Source: Antedon mediterranea
Lineage: Eukaryota > Animalia > Echinodermata
Length of the DNA stretch: 64,000 nucleotides
Direction: 5' to 3'
Assembly: GCF_964355755.1 (NCBI RefSeq)
Contig: NC_092677.1
Coordinates: forward strand, 7,896,101 to 7,960,100
Within the stretch, counting starts at the first letter, position 1. Every line of letters starts with the position of its first letter. The position numbers and the translations under genes were made by a program. Of the stretch, positions 27,301-40,600 are shown in pieces. Below the pieces are notes generated by a model, which worked only from the letters and a program-made list of their open reading frames with translations, searched no databases and was not told where the DNA came from.

Positions 27301-30300
27301 CGGTTCACGTAATTATAGTCGTTTTTTTTGTTTATTATCATTTCCGAGCATTTTTTTTAATGATTTCTAGTTATTTACATCGAACGGAAATTACTTTTCC
27401 CAGTTAAAAATCAAGTAATAAGTCACGTGATAATTTCTAACATGATTGTAAATGTTCAGCTGGTTTGTAATTAACAATGTGTATTACATTATTTATATCA
27501 AACCAATAATACAAATTACGAAAATAGATGGATGAAGAAGACAAAAAACCATCACACACTAACCAATATTATATGACTCTGTAATTAGACAGAATTGGCC
27601 TTCTAGAGGTCAGTCTGTCTATAGTACAGCTTGTCATTCTTCTGAAGAAGTTTTTCATAGAAGGAACAACAAAACCGTCAAGAAGGTATTTACCATCTAT
27701 TTTCGTAATTTGTACCATTGGTTTGATATAAAGAATGTTATACACACAATTACAAACCAGATAAACATTTACAATAAAACGAATACATTGTTAAATATAA
27801 AAAAAAAAAAAATAGGAATGGAACAACAATTTGGCAGACCTGGCACAGCAGTGGGCCGATAGATGTGTTTGGGAGCATGGGAACGTAGTCAATGATTTAT
27901 ACCCGGAAGATGCGCTTGGTCAGAATTTGTTTGTAACCAGTGAGTCACTAGAAAATAATCGACCTACTACTTTTGGAACAGATGCAATTACGAGTTGGCA
28001 TAGCGAGGTTCAGGATTATCATTATAATAGCAATACATGCACTGAAGGTGAAACTTGTGGACATTACACGCAGGTACAATAGGCTTACTGTTTCGACTCG
28101 TATAAAATTTTGTGTAGTGAGTTTAGTTTAGATATAGGCCTAATGAGCTGTAGGAGAGTGCCTCTCCAACAGCTTAGTTCTTACTTACATTACACAAACT
28201 GCTTACATTACATCTCATTTGTAAGAAGTCTTCCTTGGCTACAACCTCGAAACAAATGTACACTATATTCAGCGCCACATGGACTTATGGAAAAGTATAC
28301 TTCTGATGCCGCTGAAGTTTAGCATACAGTGCAATAAAATTAATTGTGTAGGTCTATTGTATTATATAATCGTTACATAAATACAGAGAAACCCAAACTA
28401 CAACAGCACAGCTGTTTTGATTCGACTAGAGTCCGATCCATAGGTCTCCTGCATTATAAATAATTCCGTCGTTCAATCTGCCGATAGTAGTAAAATTGTC
28501 TGAAAACCTTAAAGCAATTTTGGATATCAACCATGGTGGGCGGAGGTTTTTAAATGCTTTGTTCAAAGGTGCAATTTTCCAGTTCGCTTTCCCAACATTT
28601 TCAAAACTTTGATTCCATCTCAATTAAGACGTCTCATCATATTCATGCCCAAATAAGAGCATGACGTCACCTAAAAGAGATTACCTGCCTTCTCATACAC
28701 AGATTGTTACTTGCATGTAAAACAGTACCGTAGATAGATAAACATTAGCACATGTAAAAAGAACAGGGATATAAAACATTACAAAAACATATTCAACTGA
28801 TTTATTTTCATACAACAGGTCGTCTGGGCTTCAACATATAACGTTGGATGTGGTATAAAAACATGTACGCCTGTTATTGGTGTTCCTTGGTCAAGCGGAA
28901 CAATCATTGTGTGTAACTACATATCAAGGTAAATGCTTTTTAAGAAAGATATTAGGCCTACACGTAATTATATATTTCAGAACAGTTACAGTTACTTCTT
29001 AAAAATTTAAAAATCTATGCTGAGATTCATCGGGGAAGAGTTAAATTAATTGTAATTTAACTTGTCCCTGTTTCCATGTTATATTATACCTAGCGCTTGA
29101 GTGATGACAGGTTCATATAATTTCAGTTAATGTTAAAATTGTCGTATTCGATTGGGAACTCCGTTGTAAACATAAAGACTCATTGAGTACTTTTTGTATT
29201 AGAATTGTAAATTATAAGCAGATTCTGATTATTCGAATAGAAAAACGTTAACAACGAAAGCTTCGTTATAAGAACAATATCAATACTCAAAGTACTCCGT
29301 TAAATGGAGTACTCAACGGAACAACACTCAACAGTAAAACTCCCGATCGAATACGACAAATGTCTCAGGTTCCCGCTGGCGATATTTCTTTTCGTACAGT
29401 TGGGGACCCCTCGTAAAACGTCACAAAATAAACATGAATATTCATTAATCATATCCATAAGGCGTGACGTAAGAATTCAGCTAACTACAATTCGCTAATG
29501 CAAACGGTTTCTGTCGAGCCGTCTGTGTAGTCGAGTGGATAAGACTATGGACTTTACATGTCGATGTATGGGGTTCGACTGCCATGAGCTACTTCTTTTA
29601 CTTTATAGTGAGAGAGAGAGAGATCATTTAGAGGGTTAGGTTTAGTTATATTTAGGAAGTAGTTCGGCTATCTTTCACATGGGGTCCCCAACTTATGTAC
29701 GAAAAAAAAAGCGCTTCCCGCTGACCATCTGATTAAGTCTCTTTCACTATGAAGTTTAGATTCGAACCCCATACATCGACATGCAAAGCCCATTTATTAA
29801 TTGTACTAAACCATTCGGATACACAGACGGTACTGTGGAAATCATTTGCATTTTCGAATTGTATTTAGGTCAATTGTTACGTAGCACCTAAATGCATATT
29901 CAATAAGATAGCGGAATATAACTAATGAATTATTTGTTTTCTGCATCGCTTACCTACAAAATGTATAATTAGCTTCTCGCTAACCAGACCAGGTTTTATA
30001 CCAAAATATTTTGCCAAATATTAGAGCACTCAATTTTATTAATTTTACCAAACTCATTGCGTACGTTGCACGTGTAGGCCTACTGTATTCACCAACCATT
30101 ACGCGGTCTTCTATTTTGTGTTTACAGAGGAAACCAAGTTGGCCAATGGCCATACCAAGTATTAGGTCAACCGTGCTCAGATTGTTTAGCAAATATTGAA
30201 AACGGGGTGTGCGATGATGGATTATGCCGTAAGTAGAATGGCCGTTGTTATGGGGGATGTCATTCATTCATAACAAATCTATATGTTATGTTATTATTTT

Positions 30301-32081
30301 GAAATTTCCTTTTCACAAAATAATTAAAAAACATAAATAAAATGGTAAAATGTCTCGTTCTTCAGAAGAATAAAAAAGAAACAATGAAATTGTCTGGGTA
30401 CCATCTATGTGTCATTTCATTTGTTACTACAGTAGGCCTACAAACCTGATGAACATTTAAAAATTGAATGAGTTTTTCACGGTTCACAAAACATTCCAAC
30501 AGTCTAGAAAATTTCTTTCTCTAACAAACTTCTTTTAGATAAACTGTAACTAATAATCATTTTAAATATTCATTTTAATACAAATGAAAAAGCACAAATG
30601 TTCATTTTTATTTATACCTTTTATTTTTTATTGTGAGTGCAACGTTTTAATACATTTTCAATAAAAAAGTGTTTTTAAGTGCTCAATTTACAATAAATAT
30701 TCAAAATTTTTTGTCATGTGATCTATAGATGATGAAGATTGCAAGTATAGCACACCTCAAGTGTATTCTTCAATTGAATAAAAAGACTGGGGTAATCATG
30801 TGAAGCGCTTAGAATGAGTGTGCAATAAGCGCTATATAAAAAATGAATATTATTATTATTTGATTTGGTTACTATTGCAAGCTTGGCTAAAAGAAAACAT
30901 TTTGTTCAAGGCTGTTTACTGTTTTTTAGTTCTTACTACTTGGTAATACATGGTGCGTGACGTAAAGATTATATTATTCTCTTTAAATATAATTTATTTT
31001 ATCTGCTTCTTTACTGCTAACAGGTCCAGCCGTAGGTTGTGACCTTGATTGTAAAAACGGCGGTGAATGTTACTTGGATACAGAAGATGAGGGAGTAGCA
31101 AAATGTAACTGTCCCGATGGATTCACGGGCCAAGTATGCCAAATAAGTAAATACTAATTCATATATTGAAAATGTTTATAATGAGAACGACGATGACACT
31201 GGATAACAATGGCAATAACCAAACATGACGATGATGAAGACAACTAAGACAACAATAATTAAATTTGATTATTGTCTCAGATGACAATGAATATGATGGT
31301 AATGTTGATAATCACAATGAATATATGAACATAACAACGATAATGATAATGAAGATACCAATGATGATGATGATGATAGTATTTTGACGCTATATAAGAA
31401 ATTAGTAATTAAATGCGGTTACTACCGTAACTACTACGAAAAAAAACTCAATAAATGAAAGGATGATGATAATGACAGTATAAAGACTAGTGAGACGATG
31501 ATGTTGACAACAATGAGATTAATAGTGACAATGATGACAATATACCTACAATATTTATGATGAAGATGCAAATGATGACAAGGCAGATGAAAATGACACA
31601 ATGATGATGATGAGGTAATAATGACCTTTATGACAATGATAGTGAAACTAAACTCATGTTTAATGAACGGATAGGAATGTTTCATTAGCGGATAGGAATG
31701 TTTCATTATCGTGTAAAGTGACGAAATCAGTCCGTTTCCTTTTTTTACGCGAATTTAACGCGCTGTTTATGCGCATGCGTATTCATATTTCCGTCTGAGC
31801 TGTCAAAAATTCAAAGTTTTTTAACAATTTTTGTTTTCGTCAACGAAATTCGTAATGTTTTCATTTGAATTTTACCAACAAATCATAGATCATCAAAAGA
31901 ATCATCATACGTTCGCTCAGGTTTGTGTAAAAATTCGCACGCCCTTGTAAGGGAAAAGAAAAGCTGGATTGTTTCTTTCGTATTAATTCTTTCAATTTTT
32001 ACTAAGCTAGTACGAGATGCAACAACGTCTATTGTTTTTTTTTCTTTTTACGTTTTAGCGACTGGTTACTGCGGATGTTAA
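24333..32081 (+). CDS. Gene C: secreted CAP-domain + hinge + EGF protein (~290 aa)
   Basis: Exons 24333-24590, 27816-28073, 28819-28928, 30128-30228, 31024-31146, 32059-32081 (873 nt, in frame), plus a possible remnant micro-exon at 30729-30740. Motifs HNQYRR, WEHG, GQNLF, CGHYTQVVWAST, CNYISRGN, EGF CDLDCKNGGEC..CNCPDGFTGQVC, tail TTGYCGC*. Confidence 0.91.
24686..24998 (+). mobile_element. Degenerate SINE, probably Deu-domain type
   Basis: A-box-like head, central aaagactaaaaagtggaggttccgtgtc...taaagacaccag..aagggttacccaggtgtaatgg resembling the Deu core from memory, (tttaca)n tail. Confidence 0.4.
25708..26000 (+). mobile_element. 5' fragment of Helitron H1 in intron 1 of gene C
   Basis: A|TCTTATATAAATTTACGTTAGGACAAAATTCGG.. 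aligns with 9472-9750. Confidence 0.75.
26870..27130 (-). mobile_element. Penelope-like element reverse transcriptase fragment
   Basis: Manual minus-strand translation FTFRGIYKHKFGAATGSPGSPIVANLYLEFFLEQKAI..LWKRYLYDI matches the PLE RT motifs G.(A)MGSP.SP..AN..ME..E and W.RYVDD (catalytic motif decayed). This frame is not in the ORF track. Confidence 0.75.
29139..29359. mobile_element. Small MITE/foldback
   Basis: Inverted termini ttgtcgtattcgattggga ... tcccgatcgaatacgacaa. Confidence 0.55.
29470..29880. repeat. Inverted repeat whose arms contain tRNA-like (Pol III A/B box) sequence
   Basis: gccgtctgtgtagtcgagtggataag..acatgtcgatgtatggggttcga (29518-29578) is mirrored by tcgaaccccatacatcgacatg..ccattcggatacacagacgg (29762-29830); flanks also pair. 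Confidence 0.6.
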
Positions 32082-34651
32082 CCTGCAAGATAAGAAATTA
32101 AATCGAATGGATCCCCGGCAATCAATGAATTTTTAAGACATAAATAATAATATATGGTTATGGTACATTATCGTAATTTGTGGTGGGATATCTTTTCTAT
32201 TTAGTTATTAAACGTTATTATCATTTAATTCTTCGTTAAAGATATATTGTCCGCCCTGAAAATTTTTTTTTTTAAATGTTTTTGTTGAATATGACATTTT
32301 AATGTTGCATAAGAATCCTTTTTGATCAAAAATTATTTACCTGGAAAACTGTAATTTAAAGCAACATGGCTATGTGCGTGCGCAAATTTGAGTTAGTGAC
32401 ATAGTACGCTGTACAGTCGAGGTTGCACGCGACTAAAAACTAGTCAAAGTTAGTGAAAGTCAATGGGCTTTTTGGTTGAATTAACTACATAAAAGCAGCT
32501 AAAATAGAGAAGTTCATGATGGATATGTCAAGAATAAAGAGAATTGAACTGAATGAATAAAATGCCACAACCTACTACCAACAAGAATAATTATCAGAAG
32601 AAAATGTATAGCACTTTAGAGCTTGTGTAGCCTCATCCAAGAATATATATTGTTAGGAGATACATTTATACTATTATATTATTATCACTTTACCATAGTA
32701 TTGTACTGTATATATTATATTGGCTGTAGACTAGACTAAAGTTCAGTAACCAGGTTGTTAGTAATTGTACCTAGGAGACTGCTCATAACTCAAGTTGTCA
32801 GAGACACTTGTTTGATGTTCCATATAAGGAAATTGTTACAACAACTTCATACTAAGAAGATGATGTCATTTGAATTTCATCTCAAAACCAATTTCATCAT
32901 CTTTAAGTTATTTGATGAGATCATAATGATCACCCCACAATGAAAATAATAATCATCCAATCGGCTTCTGTAGTCAAGTAGGCCTAATGTTCTTGCATGG
33001 AATATGAGGTTAATATATACACACTGAATACCGTACAAAAACAAACAAAAACTGGCAACGTCTGACAACGTTATCATTTGGAGGAGCGAGATAATAATGC
33101 GAGTTGAAGGCAAAGTAAAAACCACATGGGAATCTAATCTTAGCATTATTATCACATACTTCTTGTATAATAATTTACCCTACAAATGGAAAAATTGAAC
33201 AAATAATGATATCACTAGTATAATACTACACTTCGCACAAAAAACCCTATTTTATACTCAACAAAGCAGAAAGTTGGACCATGCTTAAGCGGCCCAACAC
33301 AGACCCTGGCCAATATCTACAGTAATAGCTCGTTGGTCTACGCAATGGTAAAAAGTACTTATAGAATGGACCTATATAGGTCCCATGCTTATAAGTAGGC
33401 CTACGACAGGCATTAGCTTTACAACATAAACAATAAACATTGTTTATTGTGATTTTAGACCTCGATTGTGTGCAGAATACAGAAGCCCAATTTATACCAG
33501 CTGATTGACCGTTCTATTAAACATTTGAAAAACGTATTCTAAACTTATTTCCTTTTGTACATGCAAGACAGTATTTGTACTTATTGGTGTTAGTATATTC
33601 CATGGTGTAAACCCTGAAACCTACAGAGCTATAAAGTATATCGGAGATTTTTTGTTTGTCATCATACGTGTTACAAAAACATAAATATGCTACTGAATCA
33701 AGCTAAAAATAAGTTGGGAGAAAAAAACACACAAAACCCACACATATGCAAATTTGCTATAAAATCTATATATCTCCTCAACTAACAATTCATTCATTAC
33801 AATTTTTGTGCCAATACCAATGTTTTCATATATTTATTGGTATCTTTATTTTAGCAAAAACAAAATACATTGGCAGCCAAAGGCTGAACCGCTGCACTTT
33901 TGACAATAAAACTGCAATATTTAAATATTAAAACGAACAAAAAAAGTAACACCTTTATTGAGAAATGTAATATAAAATGTTTATGTATTTAAAATGGCAT
34001 CAACAAAGTAATATATAAAACAAAATAATTGACGTCATTGATCATAGACAATTTGGTTATTTAATAATCTCGTGAGGTATGGTAGTGGACTGGAAAAAAC
34101 GGTTGTGTTTTACAAACGTATTCATTAAAAAGTCATTTGTGAATCTGAATTTGGCTACTAATAGAAACCAGTGTCTAATAACAGTAAGGTTTGGTATTTG
34201 GCGTTGACAACATCATCTTTGCATATGTAATGCGCCACATAAAATGTTTTAAGTATTTTTAGTGATCAACTTAACACCAGGTGAATATACAGTTTAAATC
34301 ACTCTTAATCTTTTTTTCTGGAAATAATAATACAAAGATAGTTCTAAATAATCTTAGCCAGTGTTATTCTTCCATATTGTTGGGTTAGGATTAGGTTTAG
34401 CCTCTAAAAGTATGACAGGATTATATGTATTGACTCATTAAGTGTTATATACAAAGAATAACAATATAGGATGACACGCACCAAAGAGATTGTGCTGAAG
34501 GCCATGGAACTGCTCACAAAATAGATTACAATAAAATAATTTAAGGTATTTCGTTAAGCATCGTCGATAAGAAATTCATTTATATAATTATTTGTTGCAT
34601 GGTTTAAATACAATTTTAGCTTTCAACCTTATCAGTCATAATCTAACCAAT

Positions 34652-37600
34652 ATGCAGGACACGGTGATTATTAAGATAATATGGCTTTCTATCATCGCCC
34701 ATGTAGCGGCGTTAGAAAAGCCACATACACTAAGATCAAAAAATGAGCCTGATATAAGAAGCCATATTAACCACGAAAGACGACGAAGAAATGCGGGAGG
34801 TCTCACAAACTTTATTCCTGAGGAAATTGAAGCTATCGTTGATCTTCACAATCAATACAGAAGGGAAGTTTCACCAACAGCATCAAATATGCTATACATG
34901 GTACGTATAAAAACAAGCATATTATAATAACCACTTCGTGGAGTTCAAAATGTTTAACTTTTTAATACAAAATACAACAAAATATATAATCTCATCTAAA
35001 TCAATGATGTGATTTCGTTTTGAAGGAATACATTTACAAAGCTATGAATCGGGGCACAAAGTGGTGTTATTCAATTCAATTCAATTCAACATTTATTTTC
35101 TTTCTTTCAATCAATAACAATAAAACAAGCGAATAATTAATTTGATATAATAAAAAGGGAGATAAACGTGTATTAAAAAATTGGAAACATATTACTTTGT
35201 TTAACACAGATTACAAATTATTAACACATATTCTTAGCAATAGATTGTATAAGGTTATTTAATCTTTAATAATTAGTGATCAAAAGGGTTAAATCAATTA
35301 GGAAGAAAACATCAGGCTAATTGATGACCTCCTATTTTATACTGTTGAAAGTGCTTTTTTTTCACTAGATTTATAAAAAAAACATTTGACTCTGTTAGTA
35401 GAGAATTTATGTTTAAAGTGTTAGGTAAGTTTAATTTGTCATTTTGTAGTTGGGTCAAAACAATTAAAAAAAAAATTTAATCTAAGAACTCATATAGTAT
35501 AACAAGAAATATTTCTTACAAAAACTCTGCTCGCTTGTTGATTAACAGTTTTAAAGATATATTGTCCCCCTGAAAAATATTGTTATTTCAAATTTGTTTT
35601 TGAATGTGTCATTTTATTTTCACCATAATAGTTATTCACGTTAACCAAACTTATTATTTACTTATTTATTTACCTGAAAAAATGTAATTTAAAGCAAAAA
35701 ATACTTAAATTGTCTGTCAGACAATGGCTTTGGGGTTATAATTAAATGTTTCTTTTTCTCATTTTATAAGTGAATAAATATTATTTTTTGTTGTTGGACA
35801 AGTGAATAACATTTGTATTTGAAGTAAAATACAACAAGAATTCATACTTTGATATGTCATAATTGTGCAATTGAAATTAAAAAATAAATAATACTGAATT
35901 CGTAAAAAATATTGTGCTTATTAAATAATTTAAATAAAAATGATGTCTAAATAATATTACTAAACAGACTCAATTTCTGTCACTTTAGTTTAGTTTATTG
36001 CGTAGTTACTTCATCATAATAGTTCAATGATTATCTGACAGGGAATTACAGTATTATATAACCGGTCTAGATTGACAGTCAAATGGGACTAAAATACCAG
36101 CCTAGACAGCTAAAATAATGTTGATTATTTGACAGTGAATTATTATAATACTGGCCTAGGTTGACAGCAAGAACAAATTCATTATTTATTGAACAAGATT
36201 TTACAGATTACAGTCTACATGCATCTATATAATACTGTATTATCAGCAAATGTTTTCATAGACTCTCTTCTCCCAGACGTGCTTTGGGGTTTGTAATTTA
36301 AGCATGACCCGTCCTAATTTACAAAATATAAAAAAAATGTCAGCCTCTAGAACTATAACTTGCTGCTTGATATAGCTTCTGAATTAGTAGTCCTATGGGG
36401 ATTTAGCTGGCTAAAGCAGCAGCGTGAAAACAAAACAAAAAAATATATAGGGGCCTATTATAAAGTCAATGCAACAAGGCATTCCACTGTATGTGTATTC
36501 TTGACGTGGCGATTAATGGCCTTGCTCAAAGAATTACAACTTGCGTTCACACGATTTTAAAAATTAAAAACATATTTCTATTGAACTCATAAATGAATGG
36601 CACGTCATTTAAAACAAACATCATGCTAGCACCACAATTTCTAGGCTGCTTCAGCAGCAAACGTAAGGCACTGTTATACATAATATGCAAAGAATTAAAT
36701 TGGGACACATATTGAAAAGTTTTTGAATACATGGAAAGCAAGGAACCTTACACTATTTTGGAAAATCACAGTTTTAAAAACTTGTTTTAGCTCAATTAAT
36801 TCACAACGCATCTATAATTGATGTTCCAGAAAGTGTTTAAAAGGATAACACAATTATCTTATGAATTTCTTTGGAATGAAAAAAAATAAAAAGGAATACC
36901 TTGTTGGTAAAATAGTTAATGGTGGCATTAACATGCCTGATTTTTCTATTCAAGTGAAAGCTCTCAAAATCTAATGGTTAAAAAAAATTCCTTGTAGAAT
37001 ATATATACTTCTTTTGTATTACATAAATTAGATTGGAAATGAATTTATGATATTGAACATGTCAAATTTGAATAATAATAATAATAAGTGCAGTTTTTTT
37101 AAAATAAGATGTCTCTATTTTAAGAATAGTGTAACATCATACAACGATGTTATGCAGGAAAACTTAAGGGAAATAAGGAAATTGTATGTAAAAACAAAGC
37201 TTTGTCAATCAAATCAATGATTTAGTCAAAATTGATTTTAAATAATATATACAGGTGAAATTCTGTTACAGGTAGAAGACAAACTTATAATCTATTATAC
37301 AAGCCATTCCCAAATGTTGGCTGGAATTGATAAAAAATGTTAATGAAAACAGTGTTAAATTAAATCCAGATGAATATAGTATAGGCCTAAGCAGGATTTT
37401 AAAATTAAAGATATAAAAGATATATTCAAGTCTAATTGAGAGCATATTTGTTACCCCCATTGCCATTCCCAAATGGGAACATGAAATTAGTATAATGTTG
37501 GTTTGACATTTGGTGAAGAAAAGTAAAAAATGAGAAAAGCAAAAAATTTGTACAACTTAATGACAAATTACTGCTTAGAATTATACCATCAAATATACAA

Positions 37601-40600
37601 TTATATAAATGAAAAACTAAAGATACAAAAAATTGTGAATTATGTGAAATACCAGAAGATAAAAAACATTATGTTTTTCAAATGTAAACGTAATGTTTTA
37701 TTTTGGAAAGTAGCATAAAGAACAAACTATATTTAATTGCTCTTTGCTTTATATAAAAAAATAAAAATATTGTCCGCCGCCGCACTAAATAAACCAATCT
37801 GTAAAAACCCATGGGTAATATTTAAGAGTATCCTTATACAGGAGCACTATGAATGTATTTTATTAATGCTGATTTAATTTATTTTATGCTATTTATTGAT
37901 TTCATTTTTTTATTGTGAAGATTACTGTAAATAGGCCTAAACTACTCAATTCTGTACATAAACGTAAATAATGCAAACATAATTATATTGAAAAAAATAA
38001 AAAATGAGAGTTACTAAAGACATTACAACTGTGTAAAAGTCTATAGGCCTATTCTAAGTGAAGATGAGTTGTTTTGTTTACATTAAAAAAATGAATTGCA
38101 TAAGTTATATTTATTGATCTACATCTGTAAGACAAATGGGAAACTTAACATATAAAAAAGAAATCTAAAAAGAAATATATGTATATTATATATCATATAA
38201 TTAAGTTTCAGAATATCCGGGCGAGCGGTTAAAAATTAATGTTTTGCGCATGTGGTGTTATATTATATACTGTAAATGCAAATTAATACAAAATAAGAGA
38301 AACAAGAACTGATTAATTACAAAGAAATGTATTTATTCAAAATGAGTATGTAACAAAAATATGAAATTAAGGTGAATGAATCTCATAAAAGAGAGGAAAA
38401 ACCTTCAGAATACGTATCAGAGAAGGTATAAACACTTTTGTATCGTCAGCAAAACGACGGAAATCGATAAGTTGGAAAAGTTTCAAAAGAATGGACTGCT
38501 CGGATATTTTCCCTACTCTGACATAATTTTTCCACCAGAGTAGGGCAAACATCTGTCAAATAACCAAACAAATTCGAGACGACGTTTTAAAATTGGATAC
38601 AACCGGTAGAAGGGACGAAATACTATTTTCATTGGGTAGACGCCTTATTCCGGGATGACCGAAAAGAAAATTGTGTACCAGAATTCAATTTTTGCATGCT
38701 TCGGTTTAGCTTTCTTTTGTTTTGGGGTTTTAGGCGCCTAAATGCAGGAGGATATTATTATTAAATAAATAAATATGTCGTATCGACATTTATAGTAAGT
38801 AATATGGACATGAGGATGTTGATATAAATAATAATACATGTACTTATTTACCTAAACATATTAAGTTCATTGTGTAACTTCAAGAACTGTTGCTTCGAAA
38901 GGGTTGATATAATTATGTGCATGACACAAGTATCGAGATATAGACACATTACTCTGTTGAGGCAAACGCGCCTGAACTCTGCGAATTTGTTGTTTTTCTT
39001 TTTTAAACCATTTTTATAAATTACAGTTTCAGGTAAATAATTTGGGACAATAATATCTTCTTGTGTAACCTTATCTAATGGGTTTAGGCCTAATGCACAT
39101 TCAGATCTGAGTTATTGAGTGTATTGACTGATTTGCTTTCGAAACCAACATGTAGGTCTTATAGGCGCTGTCTATTTTTGTCCAAAATTGGAGTGCTGCT
39201 TTTAAAGACAAACTGTGGTTTGTAAAAGGCAAACTATGGTTTGGAAACTATGTAATGAGCATTTTTTTTGACATTTTTTCCCTTTTTCGTAGGAATGGAA
39301 TGAAGAATTGGCAGACTTGGCACAGCAGTGGGCCAACGGATGTAATTCGGGAAATGGAAACGTAGACAACGATTATCCGGATCCCATTGGTCAGAATGCG
39401 TTTGCACCTCCTCGTGTTATAGATGAAGATAATCGACCTGATACTTTAGGAACAGAAGCAGCGGCAACTTGGAATAACCCAAACAACTATGATTATGATT
39501 CAAACATGTGCACAATATCGGGAGGACTCTGTACTTCATACAAGCAGGTAGGCCTACATTGTCGCTGTTCTAGTCTTTGTTTTGTGGCATGACAACAAAA
39601 TCAAGTTTAAATCAATGTTTATGATGTGCAAATTATAAATAGCGAGTATCAACAACCACTGTCTCGGATAACAATGTATGAGCACCATTCTGGTCAATCA
39701 ATAATGCCACAGCATAGCGAAGTATGTGGCTACAATAATTTAAAGAATTTCTATTAAATCATAGGTCATATGGGCTTCAACGAATAAAATTGGTTGTGGA
39801 GTAAACACGTGTTGGACAAGCTATAGTCTCGTCGTATGTAACTACGCAATAAGGTTTAGTATATACTTTCTTTCCATTATTTTTAATATTCAGAACTAAA
39901 CAGTAAGACTAAACTAAACTAAAATCCAGGGGGAGTGTCACTACCATCACTATTAATTAAATCTGTGTAATTGATTAATTTTATGCCTGTATCGTACAGT
40001 ATTTCATTTGTTGAAAAATTCTACATCTCAGGTAAACTTTAAAAAGTTAACCACCTGAATATGTAGTGGAGCTGCAGCTTTGGTAGATATAACGTTCAAT
40101 CTCAGGGTCCAGGGTTCAATCCTAACATTGTGGCAGGGTTGTAACTCACTCTTTCTACTCCACTCTCCAAGTCTCAAATTAAACTTAGTTTATAAGCTGG
40201 ATAACTTATAGAATAGTTTATCCATTCTGTAATTGCTCACTGTTGGATGCGTATAAGAAAGAAAGAGAAACTGTTTCACTTCGAAACACGTTACGTATAA
40301 AATAACCAAACAAATATTCATTCGGGAGCCTTTACACCACTACCTATTTTATATACATTGTTGCTGTGGGTAATGTTATACAATAGGACAATTTGCTCTC
40401 GTGTGATGACAAGATTATTTTGCGCATACAAAAAGTTCTTCTAATCGTACAGCTTTTTAACTCTTCCAGCGCAAACTTCACTTCTGACGAGAGGCCATAT
40501 CAAGCTGGAGAAGAATGTTCGGGGTGTATGGAAAATATTATGAACGGGGTGGAAGTATGCGATGATGGATTATGTCGTACGTAGAACATACATTGTGTCA

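Noticed and set aside
32059-32081. C-terminal CxC as a Rab-type geranylgeranylation signal
   Set aside because: The proteins have signal peptides and disulfide-rich domains, so they would not meet cytosolic RabGGTase/REP.
40065-40125. tRNA-Lys-like sequence (aatctcagggtccagggttcaatcc)
   Set aside because: No intact acceptor or D stems; more likely a decayed SINE head than a tRNA gene. The same applies to ~51020-51080.
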